DNA of 64,000 nt, from NCBI GenBank assembly GCA_963783665.1, contig CAWANZ010000007.1, positions 28,793 through 92,792 of the forward strand. The letters are read 5' to 3'. A program made the translations under genes and the position numbers. This DNA is from Candidatus Aminicenantes bacterium. Its GTDB lineage: Bacteria > Acidobacteriota > Aminicenantia > Aminicenantales > UBA4085. The notes under the pieces are model-generated. The model was not told the DNA's origin and did no database searches. It saw only the letters and a program-made list of their open reading frames with translations. Below, piece by piece: positions 29,829 through 40,838 of the stretch (the first letter of the stretch is position 1; the number at the start of each line of letters is the position of its first letter).

Positions 29829-31231
29829 CATCCTGCTCGTCAGCGACGACGTCGTCGGCGCCCGGATGGCCGGGCCGGGCATCCGCGCCTGGGAGATGGC
29901 CCGGACGCTTTCCGGCAGGTTTGAGGTTGAGCTGGCCGTGCCCGAATCCAAAGCCGGGCGAAGCGGACGCCGCTTTTTTCGCCGGGCGCCGTTTACGATA
30001 TTCGTTTATTCCGTCGACCGGCCGAAGGAGCTTCTCGCCCGGGCCGAGGCGGCCCGGATCATCGTCGTCCAGGGCTATGTCCTTTCGAAGTTTCCCGGCT
30101 TGGGGGACTTGACTCGGCCCGCTCGTCGCGGACATTTACGATCCCTTCGTCCTGGAAAACCTGTTCATCCATCAAAAGAAGATCCCAAACCTCCGCGACC
30201 GGGAAGCCGTCCATTTTCACGACCTGGGCGTTTTCAACGGGCTGCTGCGGCGGGGCGACCATTTTCTGGTCGCTTCCGACCGGCAAAAGGATCTGGTCAC
30301 CGGTTGTCTTCTGGCCCTCGGCCGGATCGGGCCGCCGACCTCGACGCCGGGGCCTGACTGGACCATCTCCTCAGCGTCGTTCCCTTCGGGATCGAAGGCG
30401 CGACGAACCGATCCGGTTGCGCTCGGAGAAACCATCCGCCGAATTTCGGTCGCTCTTCCCGCAAATCGCCGACGACGACATCCTTCTTCTCTGGGGCGGC
30501 GTGCTTTCGTCCTGGTACGATCCGGAAACGCTGCTCCGGGCCCTGAAAATCGCCCGGGAATCCGATCCCCGGCTCAAGCTCCTTTTCCTTGCGACCGGCC
30601 ATCCCAATCCCGTCGTTCCGGCGATGGACGCCGTCCCCGCGGCCAGAAAGCTTGCCGCCGAGCTGGGGCTTCCGGCCGGACGCCGTGATATTCAACGACG
30701 GCTGGATCGAATACGACCGCCGCGGGGCGGTTTTCCGCCGGGCCGATATCGGCGTCTCCATCCATAAAACCCACTTCGAAACCCGCTATGCCTTCCGGAC
30801 GCGAATGCTCGATTACCTGAAATACGGCCTGCCGATCATCGGGACCGAGGGCGACGTGTTCGCCGAGCTGGTCGAGAACAAGGCGCTGGGACGCGTCGTC
30901 CGTTCCGGGGATGTCGGCCGGCCTGGCCCGGGCGATCGTCGAGCTTGCCGGAAATGCCGCGGAACGGGCCGCGATCGCGCCCGGACGGCCGAATTTCGGG
31001 AACGATTTCTCTGGAAAAATACGGTCGCGCCGCTTATCGGCTTGGTGCGGGCGGGTTCTGGCCGGGGACTTTGCCCTGCCTCGCCGCCCGTCGCGCGAAG
31101 AGATCATCCGGGTGTGCGCCGGATCGACCGAGCCCGGCTTCTCGCGGCCGGCTGAAGCGCTGGGCGGGACGCTCGGCCGCCGGCTTCCGCCCGGGATCCG
31201 GGGCCGGCTCCGCCGGTTGTGGAAAGGATGA
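29821..31231 (+). CDS. Glycosyltransferase (GT-B, group 1-like), heavily frame-shifted
   Basis: ATG 29821 overlaps the previous stop (ATGCCTGA) and reads MPDILLVSDDVVGARMAGPGIRAWEMARTL. Later pieces lie in other frames: LVADIYDPFVLENLF..., DDDILLLWGGVLSSWYDPETLLRAL, FNDGWIEYDRRGAVFRRADIGVSIHKTHFETRYAFRTRMLDYLKYGLPIIGTEGDVF, and LARAIVELAGNAAERAAI. The stop is at 31229..31231. Confidence 0.55.
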
Positions 31232-32352
31232 GGAAGGGCGCCATGGGTTTGAAGATCGCCTTCATCGGAACGCGGGGCGTTCCGGCCCGCTACGGCGGCT
31301 TCGAAACCTGCGCCGAAGAGGTCGGGAAGCGCCTGGTCCTCCGCGGACATGACGTCCGGGTCTATTGCCGGTCGCGCTATTATCCGGAACGGCTGCGGAC
31401 ATATGAAGGCATGACCCTCGTCTATCGCCCCGCTCTCCCGGCCCGGTCCCTGGAAACCTTGTCCCATACGGCCCTTTCTCTTCTCCACGCCGCCTTCCGC
31501 AAAACCGACGTCTGCCTCGTCTTCAACACGGCCAACAGCCCGCTTCTCTGGATCGCCCGGCTGGCCGGGAAACAGGTCGTCGTCCACACCGATGGCTTGG
31601 AATGGGAGCGGGACAAATGGCGCGGGCCTCGGGGCCCGGTATTTCAAGTGGGCGGCGAAAAAGGCCACCCGCCTAAAAAAGATCCCCCTGATCAGCGATT
31701 CCCTGGAAATCCAGGCGTATTACCGGCGGGTGTTCGACCGGGAGACGCATTTTATCGCTTACGGGGCGCCGCTGGTCGAAAGCCGTGATCCCTCGCCCTT
31801 GCGGAAATACGGGCTTGTCCCGGGCGGGTATTTTCTCCAGATGGCCCGCTTCGAGCCGGAAAACAACGTCCATTTGACGATCGAGGCGTTTTCCCGGGTG
31901 AGCACGGACAAAAAACTCGTCCTCGTCGGCGGGGCGTCCTATGAGACCGATTATGTCCGGACGCTGCCGGCGGCGGCCGCGGTCGGACCCGCGAGTGATT
32001 CTTCCCGGATTCGTCTATGAGCGCGGCGTTGTCAACGAGCTTTTGACCAACGCGTTCGCGTATCGTCCACGGCAACGAAGCCGGCGGGACGAATCCCGGC
32101 CTTCTCCAGGCCATGGGGGCCGGCTGCGCCATCCTGGCCCGGGACGTGTCTTTCAACCGCGAAGTCTGCGGCGGGGAGGCGGATTATTTCGACGACGACG
32201 CGGCCGACTTGGCCGAAAAGATCCGCCGGACGCTCGCTCGCCCCGAGGACTTGGCCCGGATGAAAAGCGGAGTGAGGCGGATCGCTCGGGAGCGGTACGA
32301 CTGGGACGCCGTGACCGAGGATTACGAACGGCTGCTTTTGAGCTCGGTGTAA
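31228..32352 (+). CDS. Glycosyltransferase family 4 with a DUF1972-type N-terminal domain, frame-shifted
   Basis: ATG 31228 overlaps the upstream stop (ATGA). Alternative starts are GTG 31219 and ATG 31243. The N-terminus reads GLKIAFIGTRGVPARYGGFETCAEEVGKRLVLRGHDVRVYC. It continues in ORFs 31592..32020 and 31941.., then in 32113..32352 (MGAGCAILARDVSFNREVCG...ERYDWDAVTEDYERLL). Confidence 0.6.
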
Positions 32353-33447
32353 ATCCGGAGCGTCCGGCGTCCGGCTTCTTCGCAGGTGAAATCCATCGCC
32401 CGGCGTCGGCCGTCGCTTCCCATCTTTTCCCGGAGGGCCGGGTCGTCGGCCAGCTCGGCCATGGCCGCGGCGATTTCGCTTTCGTTCTCCGGGTCGACGA
32501 GCCGGGCCGCGCCGCCGGCGATTTCGGGCATCGAGGTCGCCGCCGAAGTGATGACCGGCGTTCCCGCGGCCATCGCTTCCATGACCGGAAGGCCGACACC
32601 CTCGAAAAGCGACGGATAGACGAAAAATTCCGCCGCCCGGATCAGGGCCGGAAGATCCGCGTCCGGGACAAATCCGGTGAAATGGATCTCGGCTTCTCCG
32701 GCGGCCCGGATTTCGGCCATCGTCCGGTCCGTCCGGAAATCGTTCTTGCCGACGATGACGAGCTGATGGGGACGGTGTCTTTCCGGTCTTGAAACGGGCG
32801 AAAGCCCGGGCCAGGGCGGGAAGATTTTTCCGCGGATTCAAGCGCCCGACGCAGAGGATGTAGGGCGGCTTGATTCCATAGGCGGCGGCCCGGCCGGGGT
32901 CCTCGTCCTTGTTTCCCGGGAGAAAAAATCGCGGTTCGACGGCGTAGGGGACGACCGCGACCCGGTTTTCCGGCAGACCGTAGGTTTCGAGGATGTCCCG
33001 GCGCGAGCATTCCGACCCGACGATGATTCGGCCGGCCCGCCGGGCGGTCCGTCTGACGAGGAGGCGGGAGCGGCGGATGAAGAATTTCGAAAACGTCCCG
33101 GGAACGCGGAGGAAGCCCAGGTCGTGGATCGTGGCCACGAGCCGGCCGCGGTGGAGCGGCGGGGCGATGTACTGGACATGGAGGATGTCGAGCCGGTCGC
33201 GGTACGGAGGCGGCCGCGAGAAGAAGCGGGATCCGGAGGAACGCGGAGCGGGCTCCGGTTTTCACGATCCGGACGCCCGGGCGCGAGGCGGAGGGCGGCG
33301 TAAAACGGATGGCCGGGATGTGACCGCATAGAAGACGTATTCGTTTTCCCGGTCGACCGCCAGGAGCCCCCGGACGAGGCCGCGGATGTAGGTGCAGTTG
33401 CCCGACCCGTCCTGTTCGGCGGCGTGGACGTCGATCCCGATGCGCAT
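32322..33447 (-). CDS. Glycosyltransferase family 1 (GT4-type), frame-shifted
   Basis: The N-terminus MRIGIDVHAAEQDGSGNCTYIRGLVRGL starts at 33447. The middle, ILCVGRLNPRKNLPALARAF, is in ORF 32032..33138. The C-terminus GFVPDADLPALIRAAEFFVYPSLFEGVGLPVMEAMAAGTPVITS is in ORF 32322..32720. Confidence 0.6.
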
Positions 33448-33461
33448 GATCTCAAGGGGCA

Positions 33462-34895
33462 TTAGAACGCGCCCCGGCCGGAGATGAGTCGCCCCGAACG
33501 TCTTGAACAGGATGATGATGTCCATCCAGAGCGACCAGTTGCGGATGTAATGCTCGTCGATCCGGAGCCGTTCGGCGAAGGGGATGTCGGATCGGCCGCT
33601 GATCTGCCACATCCCGGTGATCCCGGGCTTGACCTCGAAGATGAGGGCGGGTAACGGCTTGACCTTTTCGATCTCTTCGGCCAGGTAGGGCCGCGGTCCG
33701 ACCAGGCTCATGGTCCCGCCCAGGACGTTGAGGAGCTGGGGAAGCTCGTCCAGGCTGTGGCGCCGGAGGAACGCGCCGACCCGGGTGATCCGGGGATCGC
33801 CCTTCTTGAGCTTTTTGAAGGTTTCCCATTCCCGGGCCGCTTCCGGATCGGCCTTGAGAATCTCGGCCAGGCGGGCCTCGCCGTCGATCGCGCATCGTCC
33901 GGAACTTGACGATGGTGATGGTCCGGCCTTTGCGTCCCAGCCGCTTCTGGAGGAAGAAGACGGGGCCGGGGGAGCTGAGCTTGATGGCGATGGCCGCGGC
34001 CAGGAGCAGCGGGGAGGTGAGCACCAGGAGGAGCAGGGCCAGGATGTATTCGAAGACCGTTTTAAGGAGGATGTTCCACGGCTTGTGAAGGTTTTTCCGG
34101 ACGACCAGGGAGAGGATCTTGCCGATATTTTCGATCTCGATGCCGGTCGTGATCAGGTCGCCCGTCTGGGGGATGTAGCGGATGGTTTCGCTGACGCCTT
34201 CCCACGATTTCATCAGATGGATCAGGATGTTTCTGGGGATGTTGGGGAACGTGACGATGATGTCCTCGAAGGCGGTGTCTTCCTTCCAGGTCTCGATGTC
34301 GTCGTAATGGCCGAGGACCGGGACGCCCGAGAGACTTTCGCCGATCCGGTTCCGGTCGTCGGTCAGGCAGCCGACGATCCGGTAGCCCATCGTCACGTCG
34401 GACTTGATCGCCTGGATGACCTTGGCCGTCTCCTCGGTCGAGCCGATGATGATCACCCGCTTGCTCCAGATCCCGAGGTGGAAGAGAACCGACTTGGTCG
34501 TGCGGCGGAAGAGGGGAAGGTAGAACAAGCTCAGGAGCCAGGCCAGGGCGACGATCAGCCGGGAAAAGGGGAAATATTCCTGGGTGACGAAGATGGCCGT
34601 CATGATCAGGCCGAAGGCCATGGTCGTGCTTTTCAGGAGGAGGCGGGTTTCCTCCCAGAAGGCGTGCCGCTTGGTGTACAGGCCCTCGAAGGCGAAAACG
34701 ACCCAAGAGGATGAAGATGACGTACCAGCGGTTGATGAACATGTCGAAGACGACCGGCAGCCGGTCGGAGAAAAATTCGGGGAAGACGCGGATCAGGACT
34801 TCGGTCCGGAGGAGATATGCGGAGAGGAAAGCCAGGGCGACGGCCAAGGCGTCGGAGACGAGCAGTACGGCAAAACTGGCGTATTTCCGGGTCAT
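33462..34895 (-). CDS. Polyprenyl-phosphate hexose-1-phosphate transferase (bacterial sugar transferase, WbaP/EpsL-like), frame-shifted
   Basis: TM-rich N-terminus at 34895 ([29 protein letters not shown]). The core is in ORF 33452..34621 ([29 protein letters not shown]). The catalytic end is in ORF 33262..33711 ([12 protein letters not shown]...[44 protein letters not shown]). The canonical end [11 protein letters not shown] appears only in the third frame, with the stop at 33462..33464. Confidence 0.7.
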
Positions 34896-34972
34896 TTAGA
34901 TAATCCTGGACATCAACCTGCCCGGAATTTCATCATATCCGGCCTTAACCTGTCAATTTTCCAGGATCCGGA

Positions 34973-35992
34973 TCAGTCCTTGATCGCGATGGCCAGGAGC
35001 TGGTCGCCGCGAAAGAGCCGCTTGGCCGCGGCGATAAGACGGCGCCGGAACCGGATGGCCGCCGACACCGGAACGTCCAGCGGCGGGTCATCGGATAAAA
35101 TCGGCCGGCGGCCCGCGTTGGAGCGTTCGATCATGCGGATGAGCTCTTTCCGCTCGTAGGTCTCCATTTTCTTCCAGAAGGGCGAATGAGCCCACCGGGC
35201 CAGCCGTTTTTTCCAGGTCCGGCCGCGGCGTCCGTCTTTGTCATGGGCGTAATCCAGGTTGAACCGGGAGAAGTTGCGGATGCCGACGAGCCGGAACCCG
35301 GCTCGTTGCAGCAGGGCGGCGAGGGTCTTGCGGCGGAAATAATAGAGATGCTCCAAAGGGGAAAAAACCGCCCAGCTCCGTCCGAGGACAAGCCGGCTGA
35401 GGCTGCTTAAATCCGGCGTATGGAGGATAAGGCGCCCGCCGGGCTTGAGGACGGACCGGGCCTTGATCAGGTCGGCCAGGGGATCCTGGAGATGCTCGAG
35501 CGTGTCCAACATAACGACGGCGTCGAACGATCCGGGCGGAAGATCGATCCGGCCGAACGTTCCGGTCCGGACCGGGACGCCGAGGATGTTCCGGCCGTAG
35601 GCGGCCGCCTCCTCGGAGAGCTCGAGGCCTTCCGCTTCGAAGCCGATATGGCCGGCCGCTTTGACGAAAAACCCGCCGCCGGCCCCGACGTCCAGGATCT
35701 TCCGGCCGGGAAGGGCGGACATTTTCAGGATTTCCAGGAAGAGCTCGAACCGGTCGAGCGCCGTCTTAAGCGAATATGAATCGGGCCCGGCTCCGAATGC
35801 CGGCAGGTACTCCCGTTCGAAGTAATCCTTGCCGTACCGTCTGAAGAGGTGCTCTTCGGTCAAGCGGGGGGAGACGTAGACCAGGCCGCAGCGACGGCAC
35901 TTGACGATCGTCATCTGAAGCTTCCGGAGATAGGGGCGGGGCTGCGCGCTCCCGCAAAGATTGCAGACGACGATTTCCTTGTCGTTTTCCAT
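34973..35992 (-). CDS. Class I SAM-dependent methyltransferase with an N-terminal zinc-ribbon
   Basis: Intact 339-aa ORF. Zinc-ribbon CNLCGS...CRRCGLVYVSP. SAM motif I is ILDVGAGGGFF. The post-I/II region is FDAVVMLDTLEHLQDP...LKPGGRLILHTP. Confidence 0.85.
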   Translation of the reverse strand: MENDKEIVVCNLCGSAQPRPYLRKLQMTIVKCRRCGLVYVSPRLTEEHLFRRYGKDYFEREYLPAFGAGPDSYSLKTALDRFELFLEILKMSALPGRKILDVGAGGGFFVKAAGHIGFEAEGLELSEEAAAYGRNILGVPVRTGTFGRIDLPPGSFDAVVMLDTLEHLQDPLADLIKARSVLKPGGRLILHTPDLSSLSRLVLGRSWAVFSPLEHLYYFRRKTLAALLQRAGFRLVGIRNFSRFNLDYAHDKDGRRGRTWKKRLARWAHSPFWKKMETYERKELIRMIERSNAGRRPILSDDPPLDVPVSAAIRFRRRLIAAAKRLFRGDQLLAIAIKD

Positions 35993-36081
35993 CGGCCTGT
36001 GCCCCTCCTCATCTTATGGGAAATCGCGAAGCGGGGCAACAAGACACCCGCCTTCTTGTGATAAAATCCCCTTAAGGGACC

Positions 36082-38286
36082 ATGACGAACACGACGGGAG
36101 GGATCCAAGCGCCGCGGGTAGCGATCCTTCTTCTTTCGGCCGCCGTTTTGGCCTGGTTTCTATCGGCGTATGGCCCGGCCGAGCCCGGCCTCCGCGGGCT
36201 GATCCTGGCCGTCGGTATTCTCATCGCGGCCGCGGCCGCGTTTCGCCCGGCTTGGGGCCTCGCGGCCTTCGTTTTTTTGCTTCTGACGGCCAACAACTGG
36301 CCTTATTATTTCCAGTCCCGCCACGGCGTCTTCTACGTCCGCGTCGCGGCGATCCTCTTCTTGTTCCTGGCCGCGGGTTGGAATCTGCGGCGGGCGGTCG
36401 TCCGCCGGGAAAGCGAAACGGATGGCGAAGCGTCGCTTCCGGCCGCGGTCGGAAGGCCGCTGGGATTTGCGGCCGCGGTCATCGTGATATCGGCGGGAGT
36501 CGCGTTTTGGCGATGGGCGAATTTTTACCCTGTTTGGGGAAACGGCGTCTTTGACTGGATGACCAACTCCAACGGTCTTTTTGCCGCCTTGGCCCGCCGG
36601 GGCGCGGTCATGAGCGCGGCCGGATATCTCCTCCCGTTCGCCTTCCTGGCGATCGCGGCGAAAACGATGAAAACCCGGGCCGGTGTCGAGCCCGTCCTCC
36701 GAGCGGCGAGTCTCGGCCTCGGCTTGGCCGTCGTCTTCGGCTATGTTCAGCATTTCGCCTCGCCGGGCTTGGGGAATACCGATTTTTGGGTGAAGCTGGG
36801 CCAGATCAACGGAACGTTCATCGACCCGAATGCCTATGGCGCCGTTTTGGCGATCCTGATCCCGATGGTCTTCGCCGCGGCCGTGGACGGCTGGGCGAAA
36901 GCGAAAGGGATCGGGAAGGCGGGCGGGTGGCCGGCGGCTGCGGCGGCCGTCGCGGGCCTCGGTACGGTCGCCTTTCTCTGGATCGGAGCCCGGTCCTCCG
37001 TTCTGGCGTTTGCCGCCGGAATGGCGGTGTTTGCGGTCGGAGCGTTCGTCTCCCGAAAAAAGGACGGAACTCGTTTGCCGGCCGGCACGGACGACGCGTC
37101 CCGCGAGGCGGGTGCGGGTCATAAGAAGCGGACGTTGCGGCGGCGATGGATGGCGGCCGCGGCGATCGTGCTTCTCGTTTCCGGCGGCGGGCTTTTTTTT
37201 CGCTCCCGGCTGTTTGTCCGGTTGAAGGACCGGACGCGGATGGCCGCGGCGACCGGGGACCTCCTTCTGCTTTCGCCCGAACGGTATTTCCTCTGGAAAC
37301 ACGCCCTGGCGATGACCCGGGATTATCCTGTGTCCGGTGTCGGCGTCGGGGCGTTTATCGTCGTGCTCCCTGATTACTATCAACTGGACAAGACTCCGGC
37401 TCCGGCGGGATTCGAAGGGTATCAACGCCTGGACTCGGCGGAAAATTTCTTCCTCCAAGCCGCGGCCGAGACCGGCCTGATCGGCCTTGCCGCCTGGATC
37501 GCGGTATGGATTGGGCTCGCTTGGAAAATCCGGCGGGCGGTCCTGGCCGGAATTCTCCGGGGTTCGGACCGGTGGCTCTTCCTGGGCGCGGTCGGCGGTC
37601 TGACCGGATTTTTCGTCAACGCTTTGTTCCATTCCTTCACCCAGAGCTTCGAAACGATGTTTTGTTTCTGCCTGGCGGCGGCCGTGGTCGTCGTCCTGGG
37701 CCCGAGGCAAGAAGGCGGCGCCACGCCTCACCTCGGCCGTCCGGCGCTTTTGCTCCTTGTCCTCCTCCTCCTTCTCATCGTCTTCGGCGCTTCGAGCTTC
37801 AGGGATTCCAGCCGGAGCTTGTCCATCGCCGCTAAATCGGAGGCTTTCGGGCTTTCCCAGGAATTCGGGCTTTATCGCCCCGAACAGGACGAAAACGGAA
37901 CTCCGTTCCGATGGACGAAAGACGAGGCGGCTTGGACGGTCGAGGTGACGGGACGGACCCTGCGCCTTCCCGTCCGGATCTCCCATCCCGACGCCGCCGC
38001 CGAGCGCCCGGTGAGGGTGAAGGTCTCGATCGGAAAATACTTGTTGAGGGATGAGGTCCTTCTGGGCGAGGCGGTCTGGACGGAATCCGGCCGGAAAGTC
38101 CTGGAATTTCCCCTCCCGGCCGGGTACGGGGGAAGGGCGACGATCCGCCTGGTCGTCGATCGAACCTGGGTTCCGAGCGCAAAGGATCCCCGGCGCCTCG
38201 GGGCGGCTGTCGAGCCCGCACCGAATTCTTTTAAACAATTGAATATAAATAAGATGCTGAGGTCCGACCCCAATAATCAGATCTAA
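36082..38286 (+). CDS. O-antigen ligase/polymerase-like (Wzy_C family) polytopic membrane protein with a ~190-aa C-terminal soluble domain
   Basis: Intact 734-aa ORF with more than 10 hydrophobic segments. The Wzy_C-like loop reads SRLFVRL...[25 protein letters not shown]...[22 protein letters not shown]. Confidence 0.75.
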   Translation: MTNTTGGIQAPRVAILLLSAAVLAWFLSAYGPAEPGLRGLILAVGILIAAAAAFRPAWGLAAFVFLLLTANNWPYYFQSRHGVFYVRVAAILFLFLAAGWNLRRAVVRRESETDGEASLPAAVGRPLGFAAAVIVISAGVAFWRWANFYPVWGNGVFDWMTNSNGLFAALARRGAVMSAAGYLLPFAFLAIAAKTMKTRAGVEPVLRAASLGLGLAVVFGYVQHFASPGLGNTDFWVKLGQINGTFIDPNAYGAVLAILIPMVFAAAVDGWAKAKGIGKAGGWPAAAAAVAGLGTVAFLWIGARSSVLAFAAGMAVFAVGAFVSRKKDGTRLPAGTDDASREAGAGHKKRTLRRRWMAAAAIVLLVSGGGLFFRSRLFVRLKDRTRMAAATGDLLLLSPERYFLWKHALAMTRDYPVSGVGVGAFIVVLPDYYQLDKTPAPAGFEGYQRLDSAENFFLQAAAETGLIGLAAWIAVWIGLAWKIRRAVLAGILRGSDRWLFLGAVGGLTGFFVNALFHSFTQSFETMFCFCLAAAVVVVLGPRQEGGATPHLGRPALLLLVLLLLLIVFGASSFRDSSRSLSIAAKSEAFGLSQEFGLYRPEQDENGTPFRWTKDEAAWTVEVTGRTLRLPVRISHPDAAAERPVRVKVSIGKYLLRDEVLLGEAVWTESGRKVLEFPLPAGYGGRATIRLVVDRTWVPSAKDPRRLGAAVEPAPNSFKQLNINKMLRSDPNNQI

Positions 38287-38327
38287 TATGTTATAATCCG
38301 GAGGTATTTCGAGGAAAGGACGGTTCG

Positions 38328-39215
38328 ATGAAGGGCATCATCTTGGCCGGCGGCAAAGGCACCCGCCTCAACCCGTTGACCCTTTCGGTCAGCAAGCAGC
38401 TTCTCCCGGTTTATGACAAGCCGATGATCTATTATCCGCTGTCGATGCTGATGCTGGCCGGGATCCGGGAGATCCTGGTGATCACCACGCCCGAGTCGCT
38501 CCCGGCCTTCCGCGAGCTGCTCGGGGACGGCCGGCAGTGGGGACTGTCGCTTCGACGTTCAAGGCCCAGGACAAGCCGCGCGGCCTGGCCGACGCCTTTC
38601 TCGTCGGCCGCGAATTCGTGGCCGGGAAGCCGGTTTGCCTGATCCTGGGCGACAACATCTTTTTCGGCCACGGGCTGGCCGGCCAGCTGAAAAAATCGGC
38701 CCAGCTGCAAATCAGGGGCGATCGTCTTCGCCTATCCGGTCAAGGACCCCGAGCGGTACGGCGTCGTCGAATTCGACGCCGAGCGGCCGGGCGGTCAGCA
38801 TCGAAGAAAAGCCGGCCAAGCCGCGGTCGCATTTCGCCGTCCCGGGCCTGTACTTTTACGACGGCCGGGTCTCCGAATACGCGGCCGCCCTCAAACCGTC
38901 GCCTCGGGGCGAGATCGAGATCACCGACCTCAACCTGGAATACCTGCGGCGCGGCGAGCTCAAGGTCGAAGAGATGGGACGGGGCGTGGCCTGGCTCGAC
39001 GCCGGAACCCACGAATCGCTCCTCCAGGCGGCCAATTTCGTCCAGGCGGTCGAGGACCGGCAGGGGCTGATGATCGCCTGTCCGGAGGAAATCGCTTACC
39101 ACCCGGGTATATCGACGCAAAGCAGCTGCGCCGCCTGGCCGCGGCCATCCCGAACGCCTACGGCGAGTATCTTGTCCGGCTGTCCCATGAGCCGGCCGAT
39201 GGGGGAGTCAAATGA
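38328..39215 (+). CDS. rfbA: Glucose-1-phosphate thymidylyltransferase, frame-shifted
   Basis: [55 protein letters not shown], then ...[17 protein letters not shown]...LILGDNIF.G, then ...[20 protein letters not shown]...[14 protein letters not shown], then ...[20 protein letters not shown], spread over three frames. The stop TGA 39213..39215 overlaps the rfbC ATG. Confidence 0.8.
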
Positions 39216-39667
39216 TTCAAGGCGTCATCGTTAAAAAGCTCAAGGTCATCCCCGACGAGCGGGGCCGGTTGATGGAAATCTTCCGGGCCGACGACGAATT
39301 CTTCGAGAAATTCGGCCAGGCCTATATGACCACCACCTATCCCGGGGTCATCAAGGGCTGGCATAAGCACGAAAAGCAGGCCGACAACATGGCCTGCGTC
39401 CACGGGATGGTCAAAGTCGCCCTTTGCGACGCCCGGGAGGGCTCGCCGACCAAGGGCGAGATCAACCAGTTCTACATGGGCGTGCACAATCCGCTCCTCA
39501 TCCACATCCCGACCGGCGTTTATCACGGCTGGATCTGCACGAGTCCGGAGGAGTCCATCGTCGTCAACGTCCCGACCGAGCCGTATGATTACAAGAATCC
39601 GGACGAGCAGCGGCTCGACCCCCATTCGGGCGAAATCCCCTACGACTGGGAGCGGAAAGACGGTTGA
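39212..39667 (+). CDS. rfbC: dTDP-4-dehydrorhamnose 3,5-epimerase (short cupin-type RmlC)
   Basis: Intact 151-aa ORF: [14 protein letters not shown]...[38 protein letters not shown]...[10 protein letters not shown]. Confidence 0.8.
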   Translation: MIQGVIVKKLKVIPDERGRLMEIFRADDEFFEKFGQAYMTTTYPGVIKGWHKHEKQADNMACVHGMVKVALCDAREGSPTKGEINQFYMGVHNPLLIHIPTGVYHGWICTSPEESIVVNVPTEPYDYKNPDEQRLDPHSGEIPYDWERKDG

Positions 39668-39761
39668 GCCCGGGCCGATCCCGGAGCGGTCGATTTCGGA
39701 ATAAGTCAGCGGAGAAGCCCATATGAAGAAATCCGAAAAGCCGCGTCCCGCGCAAAAATAA

Positions 39762-40824
39762 AACATCAAATCGGCAAGACGAAACCCGTCCCGGAGCGCA
39801 AGCTCGAACGGCAAAACCATCCTGGTCACCGGCGGGGCCGGATTCATCGGGAGCAACTTCATCCGGATGATGCTGGCCAAGCACGACGAGATCCGGATCA
39901 TCAACCTCGACAAGCTGACCTATGCCGGTAATCCCGAGAACATGGCCGACTTCAAATGCGACTCTCGCCATGAGTTCGTCCACGGCGACATCCGCGACGC
40001 CGGGCTTGTGTCCGGGATCTTCGAGCACGTCCAGGGCGTCGTCCACTTCGCCGCCGAAACCCACGTCGACCGGTCGATCGTCGACGCCGGCGAATTCGTC
40101 CTGACCGATGTCTACGGGACCTATGTGCTCCTGGAAGCCCTCCGGAAATCGCCCCAGGTCGAGTTCTTCGTCCATATCTCGACCGACGAAGTCTACGGAA
40201 GCCGGGAGACGGGCTTCTTCAAGGAAACCGATCCGATCAATCCTTCTTCGCCGTATGCCGCCAGCAAAGTCGGCGCCGATCGGATGGTCCAGGCGTATCA
40301 CACGACATACGGCTCGCCGGTCCTCATCGTCCGGCCGAGCAACAACTACGGGCCGTACCAGTTCCCGGAAAAATTCATCCCCCTGTTCACGACCCACGCC
40401 ATGGAAGAGAAAAATCTCCCGCTTTACGGCAAGGGCCGCAACGTCCGCGACTGGCTGCACGTCGAGGACAACTGCCGGGCGATCGAGCTGGTGGCCCGCA
40501 AGGGGACGATCGGCGAGGCTTATAACATCGGGGCCAACGATGAGCGGATGAATATCGAAGTCGCCAAGCGGATCGTCAAGCTCGTCGGGGCTTCGCAAGG
40601 ACCTGATCAGGTTCGTCCCGGACCGGCTCGGCCACGACACGCGATATGCCGTTAACATTAATAAAATCAAGGCCTTAGGATGGAAGCGGGAGGTCGATTT
40701 CGAAGACGGGATCGTCTCGACCGTGAAATGGTATATGGACAACCGGGACTGGTGGACGCGGATCAAGGAAAAGAGCGTCGAGTTCAAATCGTTCTACGAG
40801 AATTATTACAAAGACCGGAAATAA
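39762..40824 (+). CDS. rfbB: dTDP-glucose 4,6-dehydratase. The start is unresolved and there is a frame shift near 40600.
   Basis: KTILVTGGAGFIGSNF begins at 39813, followed by ...HFAAETHVDRS...STDEVYG...PYAASKVGADRMVQAY. The C-terminus KDLIRFVPDRLGHDTRYAVNINKIKALGWKREVDFEDGI...WW is in a second frame, with the stop at 40822..40824. There is no ATG/GTG/TTG between an in-frame TAA (39759) and the Rossmann motif. An upstream ATG at 39723 is in the same frame but separated by that TAA. Confidence 0.8.
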
Positions 40825-40838
40825 TCCTCATTATCGGT

